DNA of 64,000 nt from Mobula hypostoma (lineage: Eukaryota): assembly GCF_963921235.1 (NCBI RefSeq), contig NC_086118.1, forward strand, positions 9,610,001 to 9,674,000. The letters are read 5' to 3'. Numbering within the stretch: position 1 is the first letter of the stretch; each line of letters begins with the position of its first letter. Shown piece after piece: positions 25,300 to 37,690 of the stretch. The position numbers and the translations under genes are program-made. A model generated the notes under the pieces. It was not told the origin of the DNA and did no database searches. It was given only the letters and a program-made list of their open reading frames with translations.

Positions 25300-25950
25300 T
25301 CGTTCCCATATCTCTCCAGCTCTGTATCTTTCTTAACCCTCTCATTATCTTCCTCTTTCACTCCTTTTTCTCAATTCCCCTTTATCTTTTTATCCTTATC
25401 AACTCCGCTTTCCCCATTTCTAGTCTCTCACACTCTTTCCGAATTCTTCACTACCCGCCCTCACATAACTTATCCTTTCTCTCCTTTTCTGTTTCTCACT
25501 CACCTTCTTTCTATCCTGCCCCTCACCTCTTCCCTTTGTTTTTAATTTAGATTTACTAAACCCAGCCATCCAAGCTACAATGATTGAATCCTAGACTGGT
25601 TTAAATACTAGGACTGTTTTTGTCCCAGCGTGCGCTGAAGTGTCCTGTAAGAGGTGAATGGCCGGTGTGCCAGGTTACTAGATTCAACCTCGAACCATAC
25701 CTTCCTGTGCTGGTCCACCTCTGTCAAAAGGCTGAAGTGTTCATGAGTAATGATGGCTTCTCACACTCATGCTACTCTCAGTTCCCTCCTCCTTTCTCTC
25801 CCAATCCCCTGACCTTTAGCTCTCTTATCTCTTCATTTTCCTGTTCCCACTCTCTCTTGATTGTTCTCTGCCCCATTTGTTCTCTTTCCCCTCCCTCCCT
25901 CACTCTGCCCCCTCCATTCTGTTTCCTTCTCTGTATTCTTCCCTTATATG
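25300..25950 (+). repeat. Pyrimidine-rich low-complexity tracts (25300-25545 and 25780-25950)
   Basis: Strong C/T bias without a clear periodic unit. Confidence 0.6.
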
Positions 25951-26121
25951 CTGATTTTAGGGTTTTTTGTGCACAAATGAGGAAAATATAAGTGGTTCAT
26001 GAAGGCAGGTGGTTACATTTAATTCTTTACACTTGAATTTACAGTAGCCACATAAGAATAATAACCAGAATGACCAAAGACCAATTAATCACACTCAGGT
26101 GATGTTAACCGAGGGAGAAAT

Positions 26122-26810
26122 ATTAGATTAGATTAGATTAGATTATGCGGACACGCAGTCCTCTTTTATTGTCATTTAGTAATGCATGCATTAAGAAATG
26201 ATACAATTTGTTCCTCCAGTGTGATATCACAGAAACACAAGACAAACCAAGACTAAAAAAACTGACAAAAACCACATAATTATAACATATAGTTACAACA
26301 GTGCAAAGCAATACCGTAATTTGATAGAACAGACCATGGACACGATAAAAAGTGTCAAAGTCTCTCAAAAGTCCCATCATCTCATGCAGATGGTTGAAGG
26401 GAGAAACGCTTCCTGCCGTGAGCTTCCAGTGCTGCAAATTTACCAATGCAGCACCCTGGAAGCACCTGACCACAGTCCGACTCCACGTCTATCCGAAAAC
26501 TTCAAGCCTCCGACCAGCTCTCCAACACCGAGCACCGAGCACCATCTCTGCCGAGCGCTTCAACCCTGGCTCCTGCAACAGGCAATAGGCAAAGCCGAGG
26601 ATTTGGGGCCTTCCCCTCCGGAGATTCTGGATCTCACAGTAGCAGTGGCAGTGAAGCAGGCATTTCAGTAGTTTCTCCAAATGTTCCTCTGTGCTTCTCA
26701 CGTCTGTCTCCATCAAATCAGGATTGTGCACGGTCTCCTAGTTAACAAATATGATATCATTTCGGAGCGGCCACGCGAGCTGCTTCACGCCGCTATCTTC
26801 TCCTCCCCCG
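26122..26810 (-). mobile_element. Young ~690-bp non-autonomous retroposon with (TAATC)n tail
   Basis: (ttaga)n at 26122-26145; CpG-rich 5' end gggggaggagaagatagcggcg; imperfect TSD gag(g)gagaa(a)tattag. Inserted into an older minus-strand DeuSINE (about 26060-27000). Confidence 0.75.
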
Positions 26811-27794
26811 AGGAGAATATTAGGTAGAGGCAAACTGCCTTTGTTCAAAGCAATACAAGTTCTTTCAAATCTACCAGAGAGGACAGGCAAGATACAAGTT
26901 AAGCATCTTGCTTGAGAAACTTCATTGACTCGTGCACTGACTACACTCCCTCAGTACTGCAGTCAGTGCACAAACCTAGATTTTACTTCCAAGACCCACA
27001 ACTTTCTTTGCCTATGTTGCAACTGCTGCTACATCATGTAATAATCATGGAATTCATTAACTGTAAAGGTGCTGGTTGTATTTGCAATTAAAGTTTGCAA
27101 ATAATTGGAGCAATTCGGGTATTTTCATTGGAATAGAAATTAAAAATAATGTTAAGTGTTATTTCATGGTTAAGTACCAATGGTTACCATGGAAGCAAAA
27201 TAGTCCATGCTTGAAAGCAAGTCTCAGGAACTCTTCTCAAACATGACTAGCCAGGAACATTTTGACAATTTACACTAAATATAGTGCAAATATAAACAAG
27301 TAGAGTTGTTCAAGTGCTGAATTTACATCTTCCTGCATGATCATGACAGCAACCAGTAAAATTCAAAGTAAAATTTATTATCAGAGTACATACATGTCAC
27401 CACACACAGCCCTTTTACTGTGGGCATACTTAGCAAACCTATAGAACAGTAACTGTAAACAGGATCTGTAAACTGTAAACATCATATGGTAGCAAATATT
27501 ATTGAGATGCTATCACTAACAGAACATCAAACATGTCGAAATGTGAAGAAAGTCCATGGGCTCCAATTTCAGAGTTGTTGACTGCATCACTGGACATTTC
27601 CAAGTTTCTGAAAAAATATCAATTAAACTGAAATTGAAGAAACATTCTCTTCTGAATCCAACTCAATGAGATCTTAATATATCATTACATAGACTTAAAG
27701 AGAATATTCTTTTCATCAGAGACTGGATACACAATGTTTCACACAATATTCCTGCATTATTATTTATTGCAGTTTGACATCAGTACATCAGAAA

Positions 27795-28240
27795 TAGAAT
27801 CAGGATCAAATTTATTATTATCGGCAGGTGACGTGAAATTTGTTAACTTAGCAGCAGCAATACATAATCTAGCAGAGAGAGAAAAATAAACAAGTAAATC
27901 AATTATGTATATTGAATAGATTATTTAAAAATGTGCAAAAACAGAAATACTGTATATTTAAAAAAGTGAGGTTGTGTCCAAAGCTTCAATGTCCATTTAG
28001 GAATTGGATGGCAGAGGGGAAGAAGCTGTTCCTGAATCACTGAGTGTGTGCCTTCAGGCTTCTGTACCTCCTACCTGATGGTAGCAGTGAGCAAAGGACA
28101 TGCCCTGGGTGCTGGGGGTCCTTAATAATGGACGCTGCCTTTCTGAGACATTGCTCCCTAAAGGTGTCCTGAGTACTTTGTAGGCTAGTGCCCAAGATGG
28201 AACTGACTAGATTTTCAACCTTCTGTAGCTTCTTTTAGTC
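27795..28240 (-). mobile_element. Rex1/Babar-like LINE 3' end, same subfamily as 24212-24557
   Basis: Reverse complement aligns by eye with 24212-24557. Confidence 0.85.
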
Positions 28241-28804
28241 TCATTTAGTTCTCTAACTGAATTAAACCTGAGTTGTATCAGCGTATTATCAGTATTTTAT
28301 TGACTTTTGACCATACGCCCAGCCCCTGTGAAGCCTTCCTTCTTCCCACTGTGAACCATTTGCTTGCTGTTTCTGCATTTTTGATATGGTCTTTTCACAT
28401 CTGCAATGACTTTAAAATGCTTGCCAGCTACTTCCACTCCAAAACTGCATTCAGCTCTGTGTGGTCCGATCTTTGTCCTATAAACCTTGCTCACGTCAGA
28501 GCTGCTTAGTTTCATATGCATACAAAATACCTGGCCCCTCTGCCTGCCGCTAATGTACGAAACTCTACATCTTAATTATCTCCCCTAAATAGCTCACCCC
28601 ATCCTTCTCTGTTCCCAACTTTTCCACTCTCTATAGTTAGTAGCATTCCCCACTCTTTTTTATTCTATCAGAGGCTATTTCTTTCAACAACTGCAACTGC
28701 CCTCTTTAATTATTCATCTAGAACCATTTTGTCTTCCTCCTCCTCCTCTGTCAATAACAATTCCCCTAAAAGCCCATCTGTTTGACTTGGTCCTAATCCC
28801 TTCA

Positions 28805-29130
28805 CTGTGTGGTTTAGTGGGTAGAAGTTCTCTTTCTGTACCCAAGACTCTGGATTCCAGTTCTATTCCAAAGAAATAAACAGAAAAAAATCAGTCTGGG
28901 ATGACTTGCTTATCAGTCCTATGCTTATAATCCAACAGGCTTCAGGACTCAATAAATGAAGGATCTTGACACCATCCATTGGATGTGGTTAAGTGTTAGA
29001 ATCAGTCTAAGATAACACAGTATTATTTAAAAGAGCAATGGAGTTTTCTGCACTGTCCTAGACAACATCTGTCTCTTAACCAATGTTATTTAACCAGATA
29101 ATCTGATCATTAATAGATCACCCTGAATGA
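28805..29130 (+). mobile_element. Deu-domain SINE, decayed
   Basis: tRNA-like head ggtttagtgggtag and Deu-like ggagttttct..gtccta..aaccagataatctgatcatta. Confidence 0.55.
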
Positions 29131-29160
29131 TAACAGCACAATTTACTGATCATTTATAAT

Positions 29161-29350
29161 ACTTATAAGCTTTTCACTCAATATTTAATTTATTTGAGTT
29201 GCTGATGTGTAGACAGCTAAATGTGAAGATTCTATTTACAACCAATAAATAATCTGGATATTCTAAACAAAAGAATATGTGGTAAATCACAATGCAAAAA
29301 AAAACAAAGACCATATCTTTAAGGGGGAAAGTGGGTGGGTGAGGTTTCCT
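29161..29350 (+). repeat. Direct repeat, copy A
   Basis: Aligns with 30145-30330; the first 74 bp differ at 2 positions. Confidence 0.95.
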
Positions 29351-30021
29351 ACCTGATGAGAACTGTGGGAGGATAGATCAATGATAAATGTATGGAGAGG
29401 GGCAGATTTAGGTTGAAGCTCTTTTGATGAAACCTCCAGGTGATCATCCAATAAAACTTGGCATCTGAAAATAAAAAAGATGTCTCCAAATCTGTATCAT
29501 GTTTGTTGAAATGCGACACCTCGTACAATGACTTTCATTTTCTTTCCCATTCACTAAGCCTCTAAATTTCCTGCATAGTTTCCATTTACAGGACTCTTTG
29601 TTTAAGGTAGCCTAAATGATGTTGCTTTTCTCAAAATGGAGAGCATTCTGACTGGTTGCATCGTCGTCTATTATGGTGTTTCCAATGCACAGGATCGGAA
29701 AACCTGCAGAGGGTTGAAAATTCAGTCAAATCCATCATAGGCACCAGCTTTCCCACCATGGTCCATGAACACGACCTCGCTATTTTGCTCTATTTTTGCA
29801 ACCACTGATTTATAGTTTTGTATTTCTTATTGCAACTTATAGTAAATCTTTATATGTATTGCACTGTAGTACTGTCACAAAATAACAAATTGCATGATCC
29901 ACACGTCAGTGATAATAAACTTGATTCTGATGGGAAGAACTTGAATTAAATCCTACAACAGTTATCTTTTCGATATTCAAGGTACAGTTTGGATAATGAT
30001 TTCATTTCATTTGCTTTTCAG

Positions 30022-30119
30022 TATGTTAGAGTATTCACTGGACCTCCAGAATGTCAGTCTATCAGCAGTCCGTACTGTGAGGGTCCTGAGACCACTACGA
30101 GCCATTAACCGAGTTCCTA
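30022..30119 (+). CDS. CACNA1G: T-type calcium channel alpha-1 coding exon (about exon 4): end of domain I S3 and S4 voltage sensor
   Basis: 98 bp, flanked by ttgcttttcag and gtaagt. Reads (G)[32 protein letters not shown](S), with the S4 R-x-x-R periodicity. [12 protein letters not shown] and AVRT resemble Cav3.1 rather than Cav3.2 (DGH) or Cav3.3 (NINLSAI, LKA). Confidence 0.95.
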
Positions 30120-30144
30120 GTAAGTATAATTCTTCCTCAGTAAG

Positions 30145-30330
30145 ACTTATAAGTTTTTCACTCAATATTTAATTTATTTGATTTGCTGATGTGTAGACAG
30201 CTAAATGTGAAGATTCTAATTACCACCGACCAATAATCTGAATGTTTTAAATGAAGGAATATGTGGTAAATCTCTATATTAAAAAAAAGACCATATCTTT
30301 AAGGGGGAAAATGGGTGGTGAGTTTTGCCA
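30145..30330 (+). repeat. Direct repeat, copy B
   Basis: Aligns with 29161-29350. Confidence 0.95.
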
Positions 30331-31300
30331 CCCCATAAGCCCTCATATTCTGTAACTTCTGCCATCTTCAATGGATCCTACCACTAAGCAAACCTTCCCC
30401 TCCCCCCCCACCCTGTCTCTACTTTCCTCAGGGATTGCTCTCTGTGACACACTTGTCCATTCATCCCTCTCCACTGATCTTTCTCCTGACCCTTACTCCT
30501 GCAAACAAGACAAGTGTTGCTCCTACCCCTACACCCCCATCCTCAGGGCCACAAACAGGTTTTTCAGCTGAGGCAACATCTCACACATGAGTCTGTCAGG
30601 ATCATCTACTGTATTCGCTGCTCCCGGTGCAGTTCCCTCTACATTGGTGAGAGCCAACGTAGATTGGAAGACCACTTGACCTTTGCTCCATCCGCCAAAA
30701 AAGTGTGATTTCATAGTGGCTAACCATTTCCTATTCCTATTCCCATTCTGATACATCAGTATCAGAATGGCTACCATGGCCACCTCTAGTCAGGATGAGG
30801 CCACTCTCATTTGGAGCAGCACCTCATGTTCCATCTGGGTAGACTCCAACCTGATGGCACGAATATCAATTTCTCTAATTTTGAGTAATTTCTCTCTCCT
30901 CCCACTTTCTTTTTTCCCTCTTACCCATTCTGTTTCCTTCCCCTGCTCATCATCTCCCTCTGGTGCCTCTCTTCCTTCCCTTTCTCCCATGGTCAACTCT
31001 CATCTCCTATCAGATTCCATTTCATTCAGCCTTTTAGCTCTTCCACCTGCAACTTCCCAGTTTCTTACTTTATCACCCCTCCCCATCCATCCACCTTCCC
31101 CCTTACCTGGTTTTACCTATTACCTGCCAGCTTGTACTCTTTACCCTCCTACCCTACCCTATCTTCTTATTCTAGCTTCTTCCATGTCTTTCCAGTCCAG
31201 ACAAAGCGTTTCAGCCTGAAATGCTGTTTGCTTATTCCTCTCCATAAATGCTGCCTGACCTGCTGAGATCCTCCAACATTTTGTGTCTGTAGCTCTGATA
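30330..31300 (+). mobile_element. Older Penelope-like element (GIY-YIG relic and 3' end)
   Basis: RQHLTHESVRIIYCIRCSRCSSLYIGESQRRLEDH; C/T-rich UTR; degenerate hammerhead and atgctgcctgacctgctgag end. Confidence 0.85.
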
Positions 31301-31522
31301 AATCTGAACAAATGTGATTATGAAAGGAGAGTAAGCTGTAGTTCATTGGGAGAATACATTGAGAGGTATGATAGTAAATAGGCAATAGTTGGCATTTAAA
31401 AGTGCATAAATTACAAAAAATAAACATTTTCTTTACAACACAAAAACTCAAATGTATAGTGATTCATTGATAGGTGACAAAAGAGATTAGTGATAGCAAT
31501 AAATCAAAGGAAGGTCCAAAAA

Positions 31523-33215
31523 ATTCAAGGTAAATTTATTATGAAAGTAAATATATGTTACCATATACACTCTAAGATTCACTCACTTTCACAATTAATA
31601 TAAAGAAACAAAATAAGACAAGCTAAGTGACAATAATAAATTGAATAAAGTTATCCCCTCAAGGCCTAATGGTGTGTGTCCTGAGGCTTTCAGACGTCCT
31701 TCCCGAAGGCAACAGCGAGAAGAGAGCATGGCTTGGATGATGGGGGTCTCTAATGATAGATACTGCTTTCCTGCGATAGTGCTCCATGAAGATGTGCTTA
31801 ATGGTGGGGAGGGCGTTACCCATGATGGACTGAATTGTATCCATTACTTTTTGTAGGCTTTTCTGTTCAAGGGCATTGGTGTTTCCAAACCAGGCCATGA
31901 TTCAACCAGCCAGAATACTCTCCACCCCACATCTGTACGAGTTTGTCAGAGTTTTAGATGGCATGCCAAATCTTCACAAACTTCTAAGAAAGTAGAGGTG
32001 CTGCTGTGTTTTCTTTTTAATGGTATTTATGTGCCTGACCGTGGACAGATGATAACACTGAGGAATTTTAAATTGCTGATCCTCTGATCCCCTAATAAGG
32101 ACTGACACATCAACCTTTGGTTTCTTCCTCCTGAAGTCAATCATCAGCTCCTTGGTCATGCTGACATTGGGTGAGAGGTTTTGTTGTGGCCCCACTCAGT
32201 CACATTTTTAATCTCCTGTATATGGATTCATTATCACCTCTGATTCAGCCAACGACAGTGGTGTCATCGGCAAATGTAAATATGGCATTGGAGCTGTACT
32301 TTGCCACACAGTCATAAGTATAAAACGAGTAGAATGGTGGGCGGGGGTGGCTAAGCACAGAGTATTGTCATGCATCTCTGCTGATGGTGACTGTGGACAG
32401 GATGTTGTTACCTGTCTGAGCCGACTGGGGTCTGCAGATGAGAAAATCTAAAGGCCCAATTGCACTGGGATGCATTGAGGCCAAGGTCTTGAAGCATATT
32501 GATTAGTTTGGAGAGAAGTTTAGTATTGAATGCTGAGCTGCAGTCAATGAAGAGCATCCTTGTGTATGCACCTTCACTATCCAGATGTTCCAGGGTTGAG
32601 TGAAGAGCCAATGAAATGGAATTGATCCATGTCACTCCTCAGGCAGGAGATGATATGCTTCATCACCAACTTTTCAAAACACTTCAGCACAGTGAATGTA
32701 AGTCAGGAGTTCCCAACCTTTTTTACACCATGGACCAATACCTTTAAACAAGGAGTTCATGGCCCACAGGTTGCAAACCGCTGATGTAAGTGCCTCAGAC
32801 GATAGACATTGAGGAACTTTACCTCATTTTTCTTAGCGACCGGTATAATTGAAGCCTGCCAAAGCAAGGGATTAAAGATATCAGGGAACACTCCAGCCAG
32901 CTGATCAGCACAGGTCTTCAGTACCAACTTTTGGACCCAGTACCCCATCTGCGCCAGATGCTTTCCATGGGTTCACCCTCCAAAATGCTGCTCTCAAGTC
33001 GGAGACTGAAATCACAATGTTGTTACAGGCTGTGAGAATTTCTAAAGGTGTCTCCATATTTTATTGGTCAAAGCGAGCATTAAAAGGCACTAAGTGAAAC
33101 CTTGTTTCTTAGTATGCCTCTTGGTTTCACTTTGTAGGAGATGATAGCATTCAAGTCCTAACACAGCTGTTGAGCATCAACCAGTGTGATTGAAGTTTGG
33201 TCAGAAATTGCCACT
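31523..33215 (-). mobile_element. Rex1/Babar-like LINE, decayed RT region
   Basis: [64 protein letters not shown]. Confidence 0.9.
32704..32783. mobile_element. 80-bp hAT (Charlie-like) MITE
   Basis: TIRs caggagttcccaacct and aggttgcaaaccgctg; 8-bp TSD atgtaagt at 32696-32703 and 32784-32791. Confidence 0.85.
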
Positions 33216-33224
33216 TCACATGTG

Positions 33225-33520
33225 AGCAACACACACATTGTGTGTTGCTTGAACTCTGTATCTGCAGATTTTCTCTTGATTGTGAAGCCAGGTGGGTGGG
33301 AAATATAAAGGGCAGGAGAAGAATGAATCTGATAGGAGAAGAGAGTGGACCATAGGAGAAAGGGAAGGAGGAAGGGGTCCAGTGGAAGTGACAGGCCAGT
33401 GAGAAGAGGTAAAGGGCCAGAGTGGGGAATAGAAGACAAGGGGAGGAGAATTTATACTATGGAATAAGGCAGTGGTAAATGTTGTATCCATCTGGTGGAA
33501 CTGCCAGATACATTTTAGAG
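33225..33520 (-). mobile_element. Penelope-like 3' fragment with a small terminal hairpin
   Basis: gcaacacacacattgtgtgttgc, followed by a G/A-rich UTR homologous to the reverse complement of 30850-31100. Confidence 0.65.
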
Positions 33521-34010
33521 AATCAAACATCTAACAAGAATAAGGATCTAAATAGAAGTTTAAAAGTACTAGAAAAGTTGGCAAGCTTGAAAACTGATCA
33601 ATTCCAGGGGTTAATAATCTATATTCCAGAATTCTCTTCATCATCACCCAAAGTTCTGGATTCTGAATTATGTCTGTGGATTCCAATGTATCAGATGTGA
33701 CCATGCTATTTATGAAATGAGGGAGTGAGCAATGGAGAACTAATAGCCTAATGTCAGTTGGAGAAAAAAATGCAAGACTGTATAATGAAACATGCAATAA
33801 GTACATAGGTTGCAAAATAAAACTGAGCAGTGTCAACATTGATTTATGAAAGGAACGCCACGTCTCACTAATCTGCTGGAGTTCTTTGAGCACATTGCTA
33901 GAAGTGATAAGGCCAAAACTGTGGAAATTAAATTTTTAAAAGCTTTTAACAAGGTCCCACACAAGAAACTGGTCAGCAACGTGAGAACACATAGAATTGG
34001 AGGATTTATT

Positions 34011-34965
34011 CATAGTCATAGTCATAGTCATAGTCATACTTTATTGATCTCAGGGGAAATTGGTTTTCGTTACAGTTGCACCATAAATAATAAATAGTAA
34101 TAAAATCATAAATAGTTAAATAGTAATATGTAAAATGCCAGGAAATAAGTCCAGGACCAGCCTATTGGCTCAGGGTGTCTGACCCTCCAAGGGAGGAGTT
34201 GTAAAGTTTGATGGCCACAAGCAGGAATGACTTCCTATGACGCTCTGTGTTGCATCTCGGTGGAATGAGTCTCTGGCTGAATGTACTCCTGTGCCCACCT
34301 AGTACATTATGTAGTGGATGGGAGACATTGACCAAGGTGGCATGCAACTTGGACAACATTCCCTTTTCAGACACCACCGTCAGAGAGTCCAGTTCCATCC
34401 CCACAACATCATTGGCCTTACGAATGAGTTTGTTGATTCTGTTGGTGTCTGCTACCCTCAGCCTGCTTCCCCAGCACACAACTGCAAACATGATAGCATT
34501 GGCCACCACAGACTCATAGGACATCCTCAGCATCGTCCGGCAGATGTTAAAGGACCTCAGTCTCCTCAGGAAATAGAGACAGCTCTGACCCTTCTTGTAG
34601 ACAGCCTCAGTGTTCTCTGACCAGACCAGTTTATTGTCAATTCGTATCCCCAGGTATTTGTAATCCTCCACCATGTCCACACTGACCCCCTGGATGGAAA
34701 CAGGGGTCACTGGTACCTTAGCTCTCCTCAGGTCTACCACCAGCTCCTTATTCTTTTTCACATTAAGCGGCAGATAATTCTGCTCACCCATGTGACAAAG
34801 TTTCCTACCATAGCCCTGTACTCAGCGTCATCTCCCTTGCTGATGCATCCAACTATGGCAGAGTCATCAGAAAACTTCTGAAGATGACAAAACTCTGTGC
34901 AGTAGTTGAAGTCCGAGGTATAAATGGTGAAGAGAAAGGGAGACAAGACAGTCCCTCGGACACCT
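34011..34965 (-). mobile_element. Young Rex1/Babar-like LINE, 5'-truncated, inserted into a + strand CR1 relic (about 33540-35350)
   Basis: Nearly open RT C-terminus: PFLFTIYT, QKFSDDSAIVG, YKYLGIRID, LYFLRRLRSFN; (catagt)n tail at 34011-34038. Confidence 0.92.
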
Positions 34966-37339
34966 CTAATTGAAAATTAGAGTGATAACTTATGAGCAAG
35001 TTGGGTGAGTGGTTGTGAACATGGCAAATGGAATAGAATCTGAAAAATTGTGACATCATCTACTTCAGTGAACAATACAGAAAAGCAGAGGATTTGTTAA
35101 ATGCTGGAGAGATTGGGTAATGCTGATGCTCAATAGGACTCGTGTATGCTTGCAACAAATCACTTAATGCCAAAATGTAGACGTATTAAGCATTAATAAG
35201 GCAGAGGTATTAGGAGATTGTGTAGATTGAGTTTGCATTTTCTAGTGTTTATAAGAATAAGAGATGCTCAAGGTTCAAAAATGGCATGATGGACCCTAAC
35301 CCTAACCCTGGTTGAGCAGATCTGAAAGGCTAAATGGGTTATTTCTTGTCTTTTAATGACATAAGTTTAGTGGTAGTGAGATCTGTAATTGCAAATTGCA
35401 AAAAGTTTAAGACTGATAGTTGTAGTTTCAGTTCGTTTCAGCCCTCAGCCCAAAAATGGTAGGAGTAAAGGGACATCTAAATACCACTGAGGTCTCAGTG
35501 TAATGTTAAACCCTTCCAGGGCTGGCTAGATTGTCTGAGAAGGCAGAAAGATAACAATGTAGCAAAATAGCAAATGCATGTCTGCTGGATGCTTCTAGCG
35601 AAGTCAATCTCCTCTGAAACCCACTTTAACCCTATCGCATTTGACCATTGCCTTTGGTACACAATTCACAACCTTGACTCTATCATCTAGAATTTGTTCA
35701 TTACTGATAACTCTTTCATATATTTGCAAGTGTTTACTTTTCAGAGAGGGTTTGAAAAAATATCTTTTTATCTAAAATTCACGAATCCCATGATAAATTA
35801 TCTAAACTGGCATTCATATTCAACAAAATATTTTAATAATTACTTGCAGAATGAGATTATCTGATCTTTGCAGGTGCTGAAACCATGTTAAACTAATTTT
35901 GTGACATCCTTTAGTTGTTTTACTCAATTCTTGTCTATTCTTCACCAAACACCCAGTTTTTTTTTGCTGATTTAAAGGGGTTTCATGCACCAGTAGCTCT
36001 TCTCCCACTCCCCATTTACCACAACAACATCACCACTTCCTTCTGAGGCTGCCTCTACATGGTCTTTCCATCGAGCAGATCTGATCTCCCCTGTGTGCTG
36101 ATTCCCTCTGTCTCCACCAGATCACCGTCAACACACCACCTAGTTGCCGCCTCTCCAAAGACAGCAATAAGTACAGGGGCCGCTACTTGGCTGCAGTTAC
36201 ACTGTGTAGCTGCTAGCTGTAATTTGTCAGGCTTTGAAATGAGTCATGGGGACAACGTACTGCATCTAAAGATAAAGGTCCAGCAACTTTGAATTTTAGT
36301 TCTGCCCCTAAAAATTTAGTGATGATAGTATATAGCCAGCAAGCCGGTCGTTGGATTAATGAGGAAGTGCAGAGAAAATCAGAGCTAATGGAAGATACGC
36401 CAGGCATAGGCCCTTGGTGTGTTTGTATCAGATAGTAGGGGAACTTTGACATAAAGGTTAGTGCAGAACATGGCACTTTGTGACTTGTCAAAAACAGCTC
36501 AGTTAATAATCTAGTGGATGACTGTGAGAGTTACAAGTACAAAATAAGCAGAGAATGAAATCTCCAGATTAAAAAAATTTTTTTTTGGATCTTAAAATGC
36601 ATGCTTGCAAATTATTACCCATGATTTGCTTCATTGTCTGTGCAGTTTATGTTATTTCAGCCCTGTGGTTAATTACATATCTTGAATTTGGGCTTTCCAT
36701 TCTTTACAGTAACAAAATATGGAAATAATTTGACTTGTGTGAACTTTCTAGTAATTTACCTAATTTGTACAGGGCATGACCCGTGTTAGACTATGCAGTT
36801 TTGCAAAGCAGTACAGAAGTTACAGCAACAACAATTCCCAGAGCTTTTGTTAAAGATGTTTTTGTTCTAAAAAAAAGTATGTTTTATAATAGATAACATC
36901 TTGAAGCTCATGATTTGAGCTAAGGAAAGACCAACTTTTTTAATGTTAAACACGAAATTGTGGGATATATTAGTAGCAAATTAAACAGAGATGAAAGTAT
37001 TTGTCTCTCTGAGATTTCTATAAAAATTCAAGCCACCCGGTTTGTTTCCTTTTCCATGCCATCTAACTTCTTCTTTGTAATACTACTTATCACAGCCAAG
37101 TTCTTTTTATTAAAAAAATCTCTAATATATAAACAATTTCAAACTATGGTGTTCACCACTAGTGTTCTAAATACTAGTTACTTGCAGGGTCTATGTTCTG
37201 CTTCATCAAGAATAGTTATCAGACTACTAGTTCTATATTATTTTATTGACCTGATAGATTTACCTTAGTAATTCACTTCTTTTCTCATCCATCCAAATCA
37301 AACAAATCAAAGGTGAAAAGCTGAGGTGTGTGCAAGAGC

Positions 37340-37690
37340 CCCAGGACACGCACCACCAGGTTCAAGAACAGTCTACTACTCAACCATCAGGCTTTTGAAC
37401 AAAAGAGAATAACTACACTCTCTTGGCCACCCACTGAAATGTTCCCACAACCAATGATCTTACTTTATGGACTCTTTATCTAATTATCTCATGTTCTCAT
37501 TATTTATTGCTATTTATTTATAATTGCATTTTCACAGTTGTTGACTTCCGCACTCTGGTTGATCTTTCATTGATCCTGTTATAGTCACTATTCAATATAT
37601 TTGTTGAGTATGCCCACAGGAAAATGAATCTCTGGGCTGTACATCGTGATGTATATCTACTTTAATAAAATTTACTTAGGACTTTTCTTT
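37340..37690 (+). mobile_element. Rex1/Babar-like LINE 3' end
   Basis: caccaccaggttcaagaacag (TTRFKNS); UTR matches the reverse complement of the 21541 copy. Confidence 0.7.

Noticed and set aside
1-30021. Upstream channel exon encoding ...YLGDTWNRLDFFIV..G
   Set aside because: Not found by eye. ggatttcttcatc at 2011 lacks the WNRL context and splice signals. The exon probably lies upstream of the window.
35294-35309. ccctaaccctaaccct telomere-like repeat
   Set aside because: Under three units; too short to call an interstitial telomere
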